Shown: positions 1-13,000 of the stretch, one piece after another
Numbering within the stretch: position 1 is the first letter of the stretch
Layout of the letters: each line of letters starts with the position of its first letter
Source of the DNA: Tubulanus polymorphus
Lineage: Eukaryota > Animalia > Nemertea
Assembly (NCBI RefSeq): GCF_964204645.1
Contig: NC_134032.1
Coordinates: 10,156,275-10,220,274, forward strand
DNA: 64,000 bases
Direction of reading: 5' to 3'
The notes under the pieces: model-generated
What the model was told of the DNA's origin: nothing
The model's database searches: none
What the model saw: only the letters and a program-made list of their open reading frames with translations
Position numbers and translations under genes: made by a program

Positions 1-4
1 TTAC

Positions 5-825
5 CTGGGGGGTAAAATGGAGTTCAGAATCTCATCAGTTTGTTGTGAAGACTTTGCGTCGACTGGAGGTAGTTTCTGTTTGCCACCACCAGGGGGACTC
101 GGTACCGGGCCGTTGACCGGCGGCTGTTGAGGAGTTGCTTTTAACTGACGAGCCTGGGTGAAGGAAGAAGAAATCAAATTTAAAAATCGAAACCACAGAA
201 CGCCAAATAGGATTGGTCAGGTATGAGTAGAACTCCTGGGAGCTTGGTTCTATATTTCTTACTAAATAATCAGAGGTAAGTTATTATTTATATCTATAAC
301 CCTTCCATCTGTAACCAGGTTTTTTATGTGACAATCACACATCTATGCCTGTCGCGACGCGCATCTGTCATGAAAAGTTGCTGATGATTTCAGACCAACA
401 ACAAGGGTGTGATAAAAGGGGCAAAGCCAAAATAGTTGGTAGCCTATGTTTAAATGTTCAATTTCTATAAACAACCACAAACTACAACACAAGCCTCTAA
501 TTAAGCCCATGCAATTATTTTATTCAGGAATAGGCCAGTATAGGATTACAGTGGCTGTTAGGCCTTAGAGAAAATAGCTTCTTTTAGGAAGAAGGCTAGC
601 CTTGTTGAAAGCAGAGAAAAAAGGCCAATCTGAAATTGGACATGATGTTGAAAAAAGTGACAGGTGGGGTTGGAGTTCGGTTTTTTTTTAGTAATCCTAA
701 CTAAAAATTATTTATAAGGATAGATTTTGATTTTGAATGCTTACCCGTGGAGTTTTCTTATCAGTATTTCGGCTAACTAAAACCGGGTTGTCATATTTCA
801 CCAGTGAAGCGTGCGGTGGAATCAT
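5..825 (-). CDS. DNALI1: Axonemal dynein light intermediate chain 1 (inner-arm p28/p33), first two coding exons; gene continues beyond the left edge
   Basis: Exons 825..745 (MIPPHASLVKYDNPVLVSRNTDKKTPR) and 153..5 (ARQLKATPQQPP...QTDEILNSILPPR), GT/AG bounded. Closely matches the vertebrate DNALI1 N-terminus MIPPADSLLKYDTPVLVSRNTEKRSPK...EILNAILPPR. Confidence 0.95.
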
Positions 826-1048
826 CTTTGATGCGATTTAGGACGGAATTCGACGACAGAATGACCAGCAACCCAAAGATATTCGTGGTAGTTTCGATCA
901 CTTCCTGGTTTATTAGAGAGCGTCTTTCGTTACTAAGGGCGACCGAGTCGCACTAAATACCACCGGCGACCGATTAATTAAGAATTAGGGCGCCTCCGAG
1001 AAAATCGTAATCAGCGTGTCCACCCGGTTTCAGTCTTTTCGATTCAAA
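826..1048. promoter_or_regulatory. Bidirectional promoter shared by DNALI1 and EMC2, with an RFX X-box-like element
   Basis: Only 223 bp between divergent ATGs. GTTACT-AAG-GGCGAC at 929..943 resembles an X-box. YY1-like CAAAATGGCG overlaps the EMC2 ATG. Confidence 0.7.
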
Positions 1049-4000
1049 ATGGCGTCTACCATCACTTGGGAAAGTAAGCAGAATTTCAACCAGTTTTTAA
1101 GCGAAATAACGATGAAATACGGCCGAGAATTCGTTTAAACTAATTTCTTCATCAAGATGATTCAATTCCCGAATATGCTTGAAATATTTTTTTGAGATGT
1201 TGACCCCGCAAAGCGGAAAAGTCGAGGGTGAAACGGTGGAAATTTCGCGTTCAATATGGTTGTTAGGTTCGAACCCCGCCGGGTCCCCATATCCCGATTA
1301 GATATCTGCTGCTAAAATGAATTGAATGTTGAAATTGTCCTGTCTTTGCGGCCAGCCTGCGTATCCATGAGGGATTCCTAAACTATTGTGGGCCTGGGGG
1401 TTTCCTGTCCTGTCGACGTCCAATTTTTCCGAAAAGCTCAATCTGATCGATGTTCAATTTCTTTCTTGCTCACAGCCGCTCGAGATTTGTTGAAGAAATT
1501 CCGCGAAGATAACGTGCGCAACAGTAAAGAGATAGTCGACCTGTGGGAGGTGTTTCAATACGACTTCAAGTATAAACTAGGAGATGAAGGTACATTTTCA
1601 GAATTCTTGTCTTGGGGAAAATCAAAAAATTACAGGGGCCCTCATTTGAAGTTCGGAGGTGAACTGTAGCTTAGCTCATCCAGTTGAATATCTCTGGTAC
1701 TATAAAAAGTACTGGCATTCTGGATGAACTAAGCTACTATTCACCTACAAACTTCAAATATGAGCCCCTGCGTGAAAAATGAATTCCTCCTGCAAGAAAT
1801 GATTTTTTGTGAAAGGTGAATTTGAAACTTTTTATTTTAATTTTCATTTCATAAATTGTTTTCTTTTTTTGTTTTGGCAGTTTGGCAGGTTTATGAGCAA
1901 GTGGCGCTGGCTGCGTTAGACATCTATGACATAGAACTCGCCGGGGTAAGTATGGCCTGCATGAATAAGAATTTGACATTACCCCCGTAGGCTAAATAGG
2001 ACACTACCAGAAAAGATGGCTTCCTTCATAAATCCACCTATGACATCATCAACCAGAAAAGAGTTGCCTCCATAAAATCCGCCTAATAATGATGATCCTA
2101 AAGTCTATTTATTTTTGATTGTCCACGATCTTTTTGGGATATTATGCTTAATTTTGGGTGCATACCTCAAATAGGTCTTAATCGAATCAGTAGAGTTGTG
2201 CAGTCCAGAAACTCATCGTTTTTATATCCATTTTGTACCGAGTGGAAGGATTGATGAATATTCTCGAAAGTTGAGCTTTAAATCGGCGAGAAAGACCGCC
2301 ATTTGGTTCCAGTTTGTTTACTTCTTTATGCAAATGAGCAGTGTGTACCATGTGATCTGGGTAAGTTTATTTTTTATGGGGAGAGTACGTTGCTCGCACG
2401 TGTTTCACTACGTGGGTACGGCCGTAATGGTTGCGCTATCATAGGCCTAAATCATTGCCAAACCACATTGTTTTGATACCTTTGACAAAGCCATCTTTAT
2501 TCACTAAAACGGCTTTGTAGAGTAATATTGTGAGTCGTTGATTGGCCTCTTGGCGACAAGAAGCTGCTACATCCCCCATGATATAATTGACGCATCCTCG
2601 CCTCATTGCGCATGTGTGCAATGCCTCATTTGCATAAAGAAATAAGCAAAAACGAACAAAATGGCGGTCTTTCTTGCCGATTTAAACCTCAATTTTCGAG
2701 AATATTCATCAATCCTTCTAAACAGTGTAAAATGGATATAAAAACGATGATTTATCTGGACTGCACAACTCTACTGATTCGATTAAGACCTATTTGAGGT
2801 ATGCACACTCAAAATTAAGCATAATATCCCAAAAAGATCGTGGACAATCAAAAATAAATAGACTTTAGCAATATGAAAATTTGCCATCATAAAAAACATG
2901 TGAAATTGTAAGACACTTGCAAAAGAGATGGCTACCTTCATAAATCCATCAATGACATTTATCCCGTAAAGATAGTTGACTCCATCTCCCTAATAAGGAC
3001 GATCCAAGTAACACGAAAGTTTGTCGACACAACAAACAAGTGGCATTGCCAGACGCTTGCAGAAAAGAGATGGCTACCTTCATAGATCCCCCTATGACAT
3101 CATCAAATACGTAAAATGTATTTGTGTTTATGTTTATATAGAGTTGTATAGATGCGTTGAACAGTCAGTTCGTCGACAGTCTAAGAGTTCGTAAACTAAC
3201 CGGTATGAAACTAGAATGTCAAGGAAGGTAAGAAACTAGAAATCCACATTCCACCCTCGATTTCATACGGCGGAATTTCGTTACGGCGAACTTCACGGAC
3301 CGGAAAATATGTTCGTTATAACCGATAGTTCGTTATCCAGGACCCATTTCCGCAGTTGTGAGTTAATTCTGAGTAAAACTTAGTTCATTTTCAACGAGTG
3401 TCAAATCTTAACTCTGAACTGTGGAACTGAATCCTGCTGTGAAATTAATCATATTTTCTTAACTTGGGATGAAATCTATTCGCCCTACTTGTTATACCCG
3501 ATAAATCGTTGTATCAGAGTTCGTTGTAACAAGGTTCGACTGTACAGCTGTGTTAATCAACGGAAAAAAAATCTAAAATTCTTTAATCGATTCTGAAAAT
3601 AGGTTTTTGACGTTCGTTTATTTTATTCGTAGATTCAAAGATGCATTGGGAGTTTATGAGTCGATTCTCGAAGAAGACGAAACCAATTCGGTGAGTGAGA
3701 ATAGAGAATAGATTTATTTACACTCAAACCATTTCCATTGTATATGTGTATTGAGGAAAAAAGACTAGCTACATAACAAAAACAGAAAATAACAACATTT
3801 TAAAACATAACAAACATTATTCACAAAAGACCCCTCCTGTACTAGGGTAAGAGGGGGCTATATGCGTCAAGACCTATTTGATTGAATTTCCTATGTCAAA
3901 TTTTCTGATAAATCAAAGTTCCTAAAGCTATCAAGATTGAAGAAGTTTTCACACGCAATTCAGTTCTGTCGATAGGTGCTGCCATCTATCGGATAGATCA

Positions 4001-7000
4001 TGTACTGCTGCCATCACTACTGAAATAACCCTAACTTAATGCTTATCAAAGCTTATCAAAGCTTATCGCAGTGATAACAAGTGGACTTCGAAATATTTAG
4101 ACTATATCTACTTGACTTTCTGTATTGAAATTGGGTTATTTTCGGGTCTTGAAAATGGGGGGGGGGGTAAATCCCTCATAAGGTATTATTGATTAGCATC
4201 GAATTTTCATGAATGGCATTAAGAATTATTGAAAGATTGGACAAATCACTGTTACTTAAAAAAACCTTATTTCTATCTTCTTTAGGGCGCGTATCTAATT
4301 CTGTTTGTATCGGTTTGGTCTCTTAGATTCCTTCGGGTTTAAATATATTTAGCAAATAATAATGGGTTCACAATGAAATTGAAATTGCGTCGAAATGCTG
4401 TAAATTTAGATCACCGATGCCCTATACTGAACCCTGTTGAGAGGCGTCGAAGTGCATGGAATTATACGGGGTATCCCGGGGGGACCAGTCGCTCAAAAGT
4501 TGAGATAACCGGTGGATAGATACCATAGTAACAATGAATTTTTGAATTTCAACTATTCACTGGTTGTTAACTCTAACCAACTTTTGAACAACTGGCCCAT
4601 AGAATTTCAAAGCCATAAAATGAAGACCTCATGGCTCAGGCTATCCCACTAGATGGCTTGCGTATCAGTAGGACCGCTCAATCCAAATTTGAAAGAAGGA
4701 GTTGTCACTTTCCAGATAAAAACACATTGTTCATACCGGTATTCCCTACAGATTTGAAAAAAATCTTTATGAAAGCATTTGGTCAATGAAGTATTGATAA
4801 TTGCCACCAATTTACTTAAGAATTAAGAATTATATGAAAGAAACGTTGGGAATGTGTAACTTGGGGTGTACGGTAAATCTGAAATCTGCCTACGGAAAAG
4901 GTATAGAGAATGAAATTGGTACATTCAATACAAATGCTGAGTTCAACAACTCTTTTAGTCTTAAAAAATTTTCTTTTCACTGGTATTAACTCTGGCGCGT
5001 GAATGATTCGAAAAGATTTAGCTCTATAATTTGAATTTTCTCGTTGCAGCTGGTTCACAAGCGAATCGTGGCGTTGTACAAAGCGCAGAATAATATTCCG
5101 GACGCAATTTCGAAACTGAACAAATACCTCGAACAGTGAGTAGAATTCATTTTATGCGGCTTCGTATCTCCCAGCGTCCCTGCAACGTGCTTAGATTCCT
5201 TGATAATGCTTTTAAAGGCGCTTGAAACTCCTTTAATTCGAGCGAAATGTCCAAAGTTCAATTTTCAGAAATAGGCTGCTGGGTATTTGAAATGTTTGTA
5301 GTTAAGCTTATATGGGCAGCTACGCCTAAATCGATTCTTTCCCCTATTAGACGGTTCCCGAATTAGAAAACAAGTTGAGGTAGTGTAAAGGGTAGAAATT
5401 GCTTAAAAAACCACCTATTCAGTGGTGTTTTAAGCAAATTTCTATCCCTCCTATCCTCTATTCCGAGATAAACAGTACCAATTTAGGAGCAGTCGACAGT
5501 AATCGGGATATATGAAAGTGAAGTTCCATTATAAAACTCCATGAAAACTCCTTGTATCCAGGAATGAGCTATCTGCGAGAACCCTGAATCCATAGGATGC
5601 ATCTTTCATTTTTCCTCGTTCAGTAGCTATGGAGATTTGGATAGCTTTGCCCCGGTAAAAGTATGCAAAATCATCAAATACTTAAAAAGGCACGAATCAG
5701 GTAGAAATTTTTTTACTTATACCATGAAGTTGCCTTTCCGGAAACGGTTTTTTTTTGCGTACAAAATAAAAATGACGAAAACGCCCTTGTCGGAAAAAAG
5801 CGGTTTTTTTTTTTTGCCGCGAACGTCATCGCGATGACCTTCGACCAGACGACGTCCATCCGTCCGTCCGAGATGCATTTGTGGATGACGACGTTTTGTT
5901 TTTCGCGTTCCCAGGGTCGAATTGAACGTTGAACCCTGTTGGTAATATTATCGGGTGTGGTAGGCTCTTAGTCGAATTTAATCAGACTAACAACACTTGT
6001 CTCCTCTGGAGGCGTTGATATATAGCTAATGAACGTTTCCTTGTTGTCGCGCCAGCGGCTAAAAAAAATTTGTTCGGCTGCTGTTGTTTTGCGTCTGTGT
6101 TTTAAGGGGATTACATTTTTTTTATCGGAGGCAATCGTTTGATCGTATTCAAAACAAATTATGTTAAGACGTGTTGAGGTTCACAGCATGAAAATCCATT
6201 TCTAATTCGGCGGTTAATGCTTAAGATAGGTAAGACCTAGCAATAACTTGGGATGAAACCAGTTTAAGCTCGTTTGGGTCCGGTTTGGTAGTTGAGACCG
6301 GGCTGTTATAGCTCATTTTGGTCCATTTCGAAAGAAGACACTTGATATATGGCCAGTCTTGTAGGTGCTTGACGTTCGTTTTATTTGAGCACGAAGCCCG
6401 TAACTCTTTTAAAGCTCCTTCATTTTAGAGATTTAGGCGGTTAGAAACCTTTTGTCTAGTTAGTAGTTGTAACTACCTAAACCAAGTTTATTTATTCTTA
6501 ACCCTTTCAGTGCTGACTAATTAATACCCTATAGTGCTGGAGATAATTTGAAAATTCCACCCTAGTGTGTTGAACAACAGGAATACCACTGTAGTGCGTC
6601 TACACCGCGGTGCGGTGTATCGTTAGTTACTAGTATTTAACTATGTTTGACACGTGCTGCCATTTTTCAAGAGAGATAATTACTAATTACTAATCACATC
6701 AATACACCGCAGTGCGTGTACTAGCAAAATCTATCACTGATTTATACACCGCACTGGGGTGTAGACGCACTTAAAGGGTTAAAGGATAGAAATTTTCTTA
6801 CAAAACCACCAAATTCATGGTTTACAAAGATTAACAGTACCGATTTAGGAGGAGTAGTCTACTAATTGGGCTATGAAAGTGATGCAGACGCTTTCTTGAA
6901 ATTTGAAATTTTTGCCTTTTTGAAACACCTTCAGTCCAGGTATGACTGGTCTGTAAGTATCACGGACCAGAGAATGTCCAAATCATAAGATTCTTCAGCC

Positions 7001-10000
7001 ATCCCTTCCTTAAGTGGCAGGCTCTGTGATCCATTAAAGAGCCATTAAGAGCCATGCCTTTTTCTAGCGGTTGGCTCCGAAAATATCCCTAACAATCACC
7101 TAATATGGTGGCGTGGATTTAGTTTTGGCATCAGCCGAGAATGTCCATCGCGCAAACCGAATTTCTGACCGTTGCGTTCATATCTCGTGGAAAAACATGT
7201 TTGTTCCTCGTATTTGCGGGAAATTCGATATATTCGCGGGGACGAGCTAAAGAAGTCGTTTTTCATTCAGAGGAAATCCAGACCGATTGAAATTTGATTC
7301 GAGATCGGTGACAATCTTTTAACGTATGTTTCCACGTGATCGGGATAGATTGATTTTTGATTCGTAATCTGCTATGATGGCGTATTTGCTGCGTCGTTCT
7401 TCGAGGAGATTTTGTTTACACGAAATCGCTTCAGTTTCGTGGAAAATCGAGATTAATTGCGATACTCTCGAGTCGCTGGTTTTAACATTTGAAGCTAATG
7501 ATATCTGTTTGTCGCAGTAGTTCTTGGTATCCAGCTTGAAATAATCGCATTTCGGGGTCTGATTTATGTAGGTGGCCCGCTTTGGACCAATCTGTTTGTT
7601 AAAACTGTTTGTTATGATTATATGCAGTAGGCTATATGGAATTAATCGAATTTCAGGGTCTTATTTCACCAGGGGTGGCAGTGTTCTCTGCAACAGGTTA
7701 CCAATTTTTACATCCACCCGTCTGAAAATTAGCCACCCCTTATAAAAAGTCTGCGGCACCTACCGGAGTGGATGTCAATATTCTATCAATGCTGATAATG
7801 ACTTTGAAATATATTGAGCTAACGTGAAAAATAGAAGATCACACCAAAATTAAGCTTAGATTTTGGGTATTTTTGGGGGATCAAAAGCCTTGCTACTTCA
7901 CCAGCCTCAATGTCATACAATGACCCCCTTTAAAATTCAAACATACACTCTTAGAACAAAGGGTTCTACCTAAGAACCTTTAGGGGTTCTTGGGCTTGCC
8001 TCCCAGGGAGAACCCCTAAAGGTTCTTCAAAGAACCTTTTTTGTAGGGTTCCTTGAAGAACCCCTGGTAAAGGTTCTTTGAAGAACCATTTCGTATAAAG
8101 GGTTCTTGTTAGAACCCTTTCAATATTATCAAATGGTTCTTGACAGGGTTCTTGGGAGAACCATTTTAAGGTAATTTATTTTTAGGGTTCCTCATTCATT
8201 TTTTGACTGCTCAAGCTGTTCATGATTTGTCCATCCTCTGTTATGTTTGACTGCTCCCTTTATCCTCATGTGGATAAAAAAAACTTATGATAAGAATCGC
8301 GTAAAATTAATATCTATAGATATATATATATATCTATCTTTTGATTATAAAATCTCATGAATTGAAATATTAATGATACATATGTTTACAATAAATGATA
8401 CAAAAATAGTTTCACTAATTGGTTACATGTACAATAAGATCGAAAGATGGAGAATTTTGAGTTCATTAAGTAGTCTCCATATATGGAGACTACTTAATGA
8501 ACTAGGTTCATACTTGCATTATTAATAATCAATAGTTGATCCTATCCAGTATCCGATTTTAGGTCGAATTTCGGCAGGGTTACACAATAAGGTGAATCTG
8601 TTTGTTATGACTGATATTTCAATATCCAGTACGAAAATCAATCAAATTTCGAGGTCTTATTTCAGCAGGGGGTCGGGATGTAGGACGTACAGCGGGCGCT
8701 CGTCGCATATACACCTGGGCCCCTAAGGATGAAGCACGCTATATATTCAGTTTCTTTGCTATTGAGCTCTAAAAATAAATTTCATTAAAATCTAAGTCAT
8801 TTAAGTATTAGGTACAAGATAAATACATGCTCAGGTCCAAAGGACAACTATCATGATAATAACAATAGCATTTGCCGGTGATATCAATAACTATGAAAAA
8901 ACAACACTTGAAACTGATTATATGAGCTTAAGTAGGAGTGGTGCCTATGTAGGTGGACGTGGGGGGGGGCATGTGGGCTGTTTTGGGGGAAAATTGTTCA
9001 GCAGTGCTGGATAATTAGTCTTTTCATCGACGAATTGAAATGAAAATAATAAATTCTAAACGAGTAGTCGTACTGATAGGCCGAGCTGAATACGTGGACC
9101 CGTAATATTCCGGGAATTCGATACAAACAGATTTGTTTATCTCACTGCTATAAGAGCGCGGCAGACATTAAAATCGGGTCGACTATAGAAATTTAGAAGT
9201 ACTCGTTGTTTTCTTTCGATCTTGAAAACTTGACACCAAAACTTGACACCGAATAAAAAAACGTTGGTGTGTGTGTTTATTAGGACTATGACGTCTGTTT
9301 ACGAAATATTTCAGATAACGTTTTCGATTATCGTCGAATATTTGCTGTCAGGGTTTGATATTTAGGTCAAGGTCACGAGGTTTTTGTTTTGCGTACTTAA
9401 CCTCGATTGTTTCGATCACAAGTTTTCTTCTCGGTAAAATATCAAGTGGTCCTCGGTGTTTTGAATACTGGCCCTACATTTTAGACCCAGTTCCGAGGCT
9501 ATTGTTGTTTACCCAATGTATAATATGGTGATGTCGGAAATTTCCAATTATGTACTTCGAACTAAAGAAAACATTCTGTATTTTGACCGCCAATCACACA
9601 CAACTATAGCCTCGATCCCACAAGTGTTTTAGGCCTGCGCCAAATTAAAATGTGGCCCGGACCAACTGTGCCAGATTGGCCCGTGCCTGCTCATCCGTGG
9701 GCTAAATAACAGGGTCAATCCCTATTTTCAATCAAATATGCTGATGTCAAAGGGGGATTTATGAAGGCATCCACATTTTCAAAATGGCTCTTAACAGGCA
9801 ATTGATGATGTCATAGGCAGCCATCTTTTCCAGAAGTGTCTATACAATGGGTCATATTCAATTACCTCATAGGGGGATTTATGGAGGCATCCACCTTTTT
9901 AAAATGGCGCTAAAGGGGAAATCGATGATGTCATAGGGGGATTTAAGAAGGCAGCCGTCTTTTCATAATGGCTGACTGGAGCATTTGTTGATGCAATATT

Positions 10001-13000
10001 ACAAGCATTTATGAAGACTGTTTTTCCTGAAAATCCCGGCAGACGCAATGCGTGACAAGCAGCAAGCCGTAGGGCGAGTTTAATGCGGGGGGGTACTGAA
10101 AGGTCGCTGACCACTTGCGCGCGTTAAGAGAGCGCGTCTTACCGTCAATTAACACCGTCTATTAACGTATGTTTCCTAATCCGTGCTCTTGAACACGATT
10201 CCGACCGATCCACCTAAGTAAATGCAGTTTACCGGTAGCCGAGTTAAGATTTCGTGCGATACCCACTGGCGCGCCCCCGCATTCGTTCCCCACCGCCTGT
10301 GAAGAGACAGAAGATGGATATCGCGCGTTGTCATAACGAACGCTTATCTTATATTTTCTTCCGAGAAAAATTAAAGCCCGCGTCGATCGCGAGTAAATGT
10401 TTGTTTGCACCATCGATATATGAAGCTCTTTCGAAGAATGAGCTCTCGTCGAATGAGCCATCTTTGATAGAATATTTGAATTGCTTTCAGAATTTTTTTG
10501 TTTTTCGAAATGATATCCGATTCAAGCATCGGTTAAACGCTATGTCGGCGTTGTGACGATATATCGAGAATCTCGTATTGATATGAAGATAAAGAGCCTG
10601 CTTTTGATCTTAAAAAGGTATTGCCCCTGTTATTCATCTAAATGGTAGATTTCGTTAGAATTTTTTGATTTGGTGTCCCTTACACAAACCCACCATACCA
10701 CATTGGGAACGAAACAGGGAGTTTGATTTTGAAATCGCGAAAATCGAAGAACTGATATGATTGTGTGGTCAGCGGTCTTAATGCCTATGCACCATCGCAT
10801 ATCCAATATCTCTAAAAGCCATATGCTCATGGTTATTTAGTCGAACCTGGGTTACTAACTGAAAATTGGTGAAATATGGTACCGCGCCCAGCTACCCTGC
10901 CTAAATCTCAGGGCCTTGTTTACCGTTTTATAGACTGGTATAAACTTAAACCCCTAACTCAATTGAAAGTGAATCGAGTTTAGCCCCGCCGTTAAACATG
11001 TTTAATCCGGGTATGGAAAAGGCATATGGCTATAGGTTATGGGAAATGGAATTCGGAAACCGGTAAGAACCCCGTCATCCTAATTAATTACGAATTCACG
11101 TATTTTCAGCGAGAAAGGCAAGACTTGTCTATTAGCGGCGCGATGTGCTATCCGGCTAAATCATGATTAGATAATTCATAACTTCGAAGGCTTCATTAAT
11201 TAGTATTTCACTCAGTACGATTAGAAGCTAAAAATGGGTGAAAAGTTTGTGGAAATTTAATGAGATCGTTAAATCAAACAGTTTCCGTCTATGCTTTACG
11301 TATTTGACTGCATTAATTGATTGAATTCTTGGCAGATCGAGTCAGTACATGTCAGGGAATATTCCAGGAATATTCCCTGAAAAATGGCGAAATGTTTTTC
11401 ATGTCACTCTGCGAGTGTAATCTATTGTTTTCGAGATCCGGGTGACGTTTTGCACAATATTGATAGAATAGATGAACTATAATGTTTATCGAACCCAACA
11501 GCCCGCGCTTTAAATCCGCCCCTGGCGAGCGACGGTCGAATAGTCTCAATCAAGGTCGAGCGGGGGAGAGCTCCCGACGTAAATACGTACCTGAAACTCT
11601 CTTGTTTCGCGGAAAATCGACGCCGCGTTGAAAATAATAAATCCGAAATTCCAGACGGAACAAACAGTTCTCCGCGCGCGCTGACACTCGCCGCGTCGTT
11701 AATTTTCATTCGTTTGTTTTTCGCCTTTAGCGACCGACCGTCGTGAAAAATTGATGAGGCGTCGAATTGCGATTTCTACCACAGGTGTAAAATCGGCGTT
11801 CGAGAAACGAAGGCAACCTCCTTCATCCCCCTATGACATCATCAAATTACCCATATAGATGCCTTCAGAAATGATAGTAACCATAAACAACCCTATTGTA
11901 TCATCCCGAAACTTCCAGAAAAGATCGAAGACCCCTCCACAAAATAAGTATAAAACTTTCATGTTTCCAAATGCTTTTAATTCTTAGAATACTACAGTGT
12001 TTTATGTTGGGGTTGGAATTAATGTTTTATGTGAAGTGTAATGAATCTTTTTAGGTTAAGGGGTCTAGGGGTTTATAGAAGTGGATGAAGTCATAGGGGG
12101 GTTTATGAGAGAAGCCGTATATTTTCTTGAAGTGATAAGGGTTGATTTGATGATGTCATAAAGGGATTTATGTAGGTAAACATGTTGTGCTACGTTTAAC
12201 TGCGTTGCTATTTTGAGGTGATTTCGTCCCCAGAGTAACGATATTCATTGTCAACAACAACGGCGTAGTTGACGTTCATTGAGTACCGATACTGATCAGT
12301 ATTCTGATCTCTCACGAAGAGACGGATAGAGGGTCAGCGAGTGAGAGGAGAAAGAGCAGTAGGAGAGAGGGTGTCAAATAGAGAGGGAGAGCAAGGAAAG
12401 GAGAAAGGTTGTCTCGGAGAGGCAGTCAAATAGAGGGGAGAGGAAGGAGAGAGGGAGCCTGGAAAAGGGAGTCAAATAGAGAAGAGAGGGAGGAGAGGAG
12501 AGAGAAGCAGTCTGGGAATGGGAGTTTGGAGGAGAGGGAGGAGAGAGGAAACCTGGCAGAGTGGGAGCCAAATAGAGAGAAGGAGGAAAGGAGAGGGAGG
12601 AAGCCTGGGAGAGAGGGAGTCGAATTGAGGGGAGAGGGAGGAGAGGAGAGGGCGCCTGGGAGAGAAGGTGGCGAGGAGTCAAAAAGAGAGAGAGATATCG
12701 AGTTTGGAGAGAGGGAGAAGTGAGAGGGTAGAATGAGGATCAGAGTGAGAGGGGGTCGGGAGGAGGGATGGTAGGGGGTTAGAATTTGACATCGCCTGCA
12801 GACACACATTTGAAAGTTCGACAATTAACAGTTTTCAATTCGTAGTTAACAACTCAGAACAGTGGAATTAAATCCTGAGGTAGAATGGAGATGAATATTA
12901 CGCTGAGATATTTGACATCGATGGCAGATTACGGCGAAAATCATTTTGTCGTCGGATTCCGAGAAATAGCGACGTGCGCGATATGAAATGGGCTAATTCT

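Noticed and set aside
1255-1290. tRNA gene from GGTTCGAACCCC B-box
   Set aside because: No cloverleaf or A-box can be built.
12374-12824. ORFs of 102-132 aa on both strands
   Set aside because: Artefacts of the GA-rich low-complexity tract.
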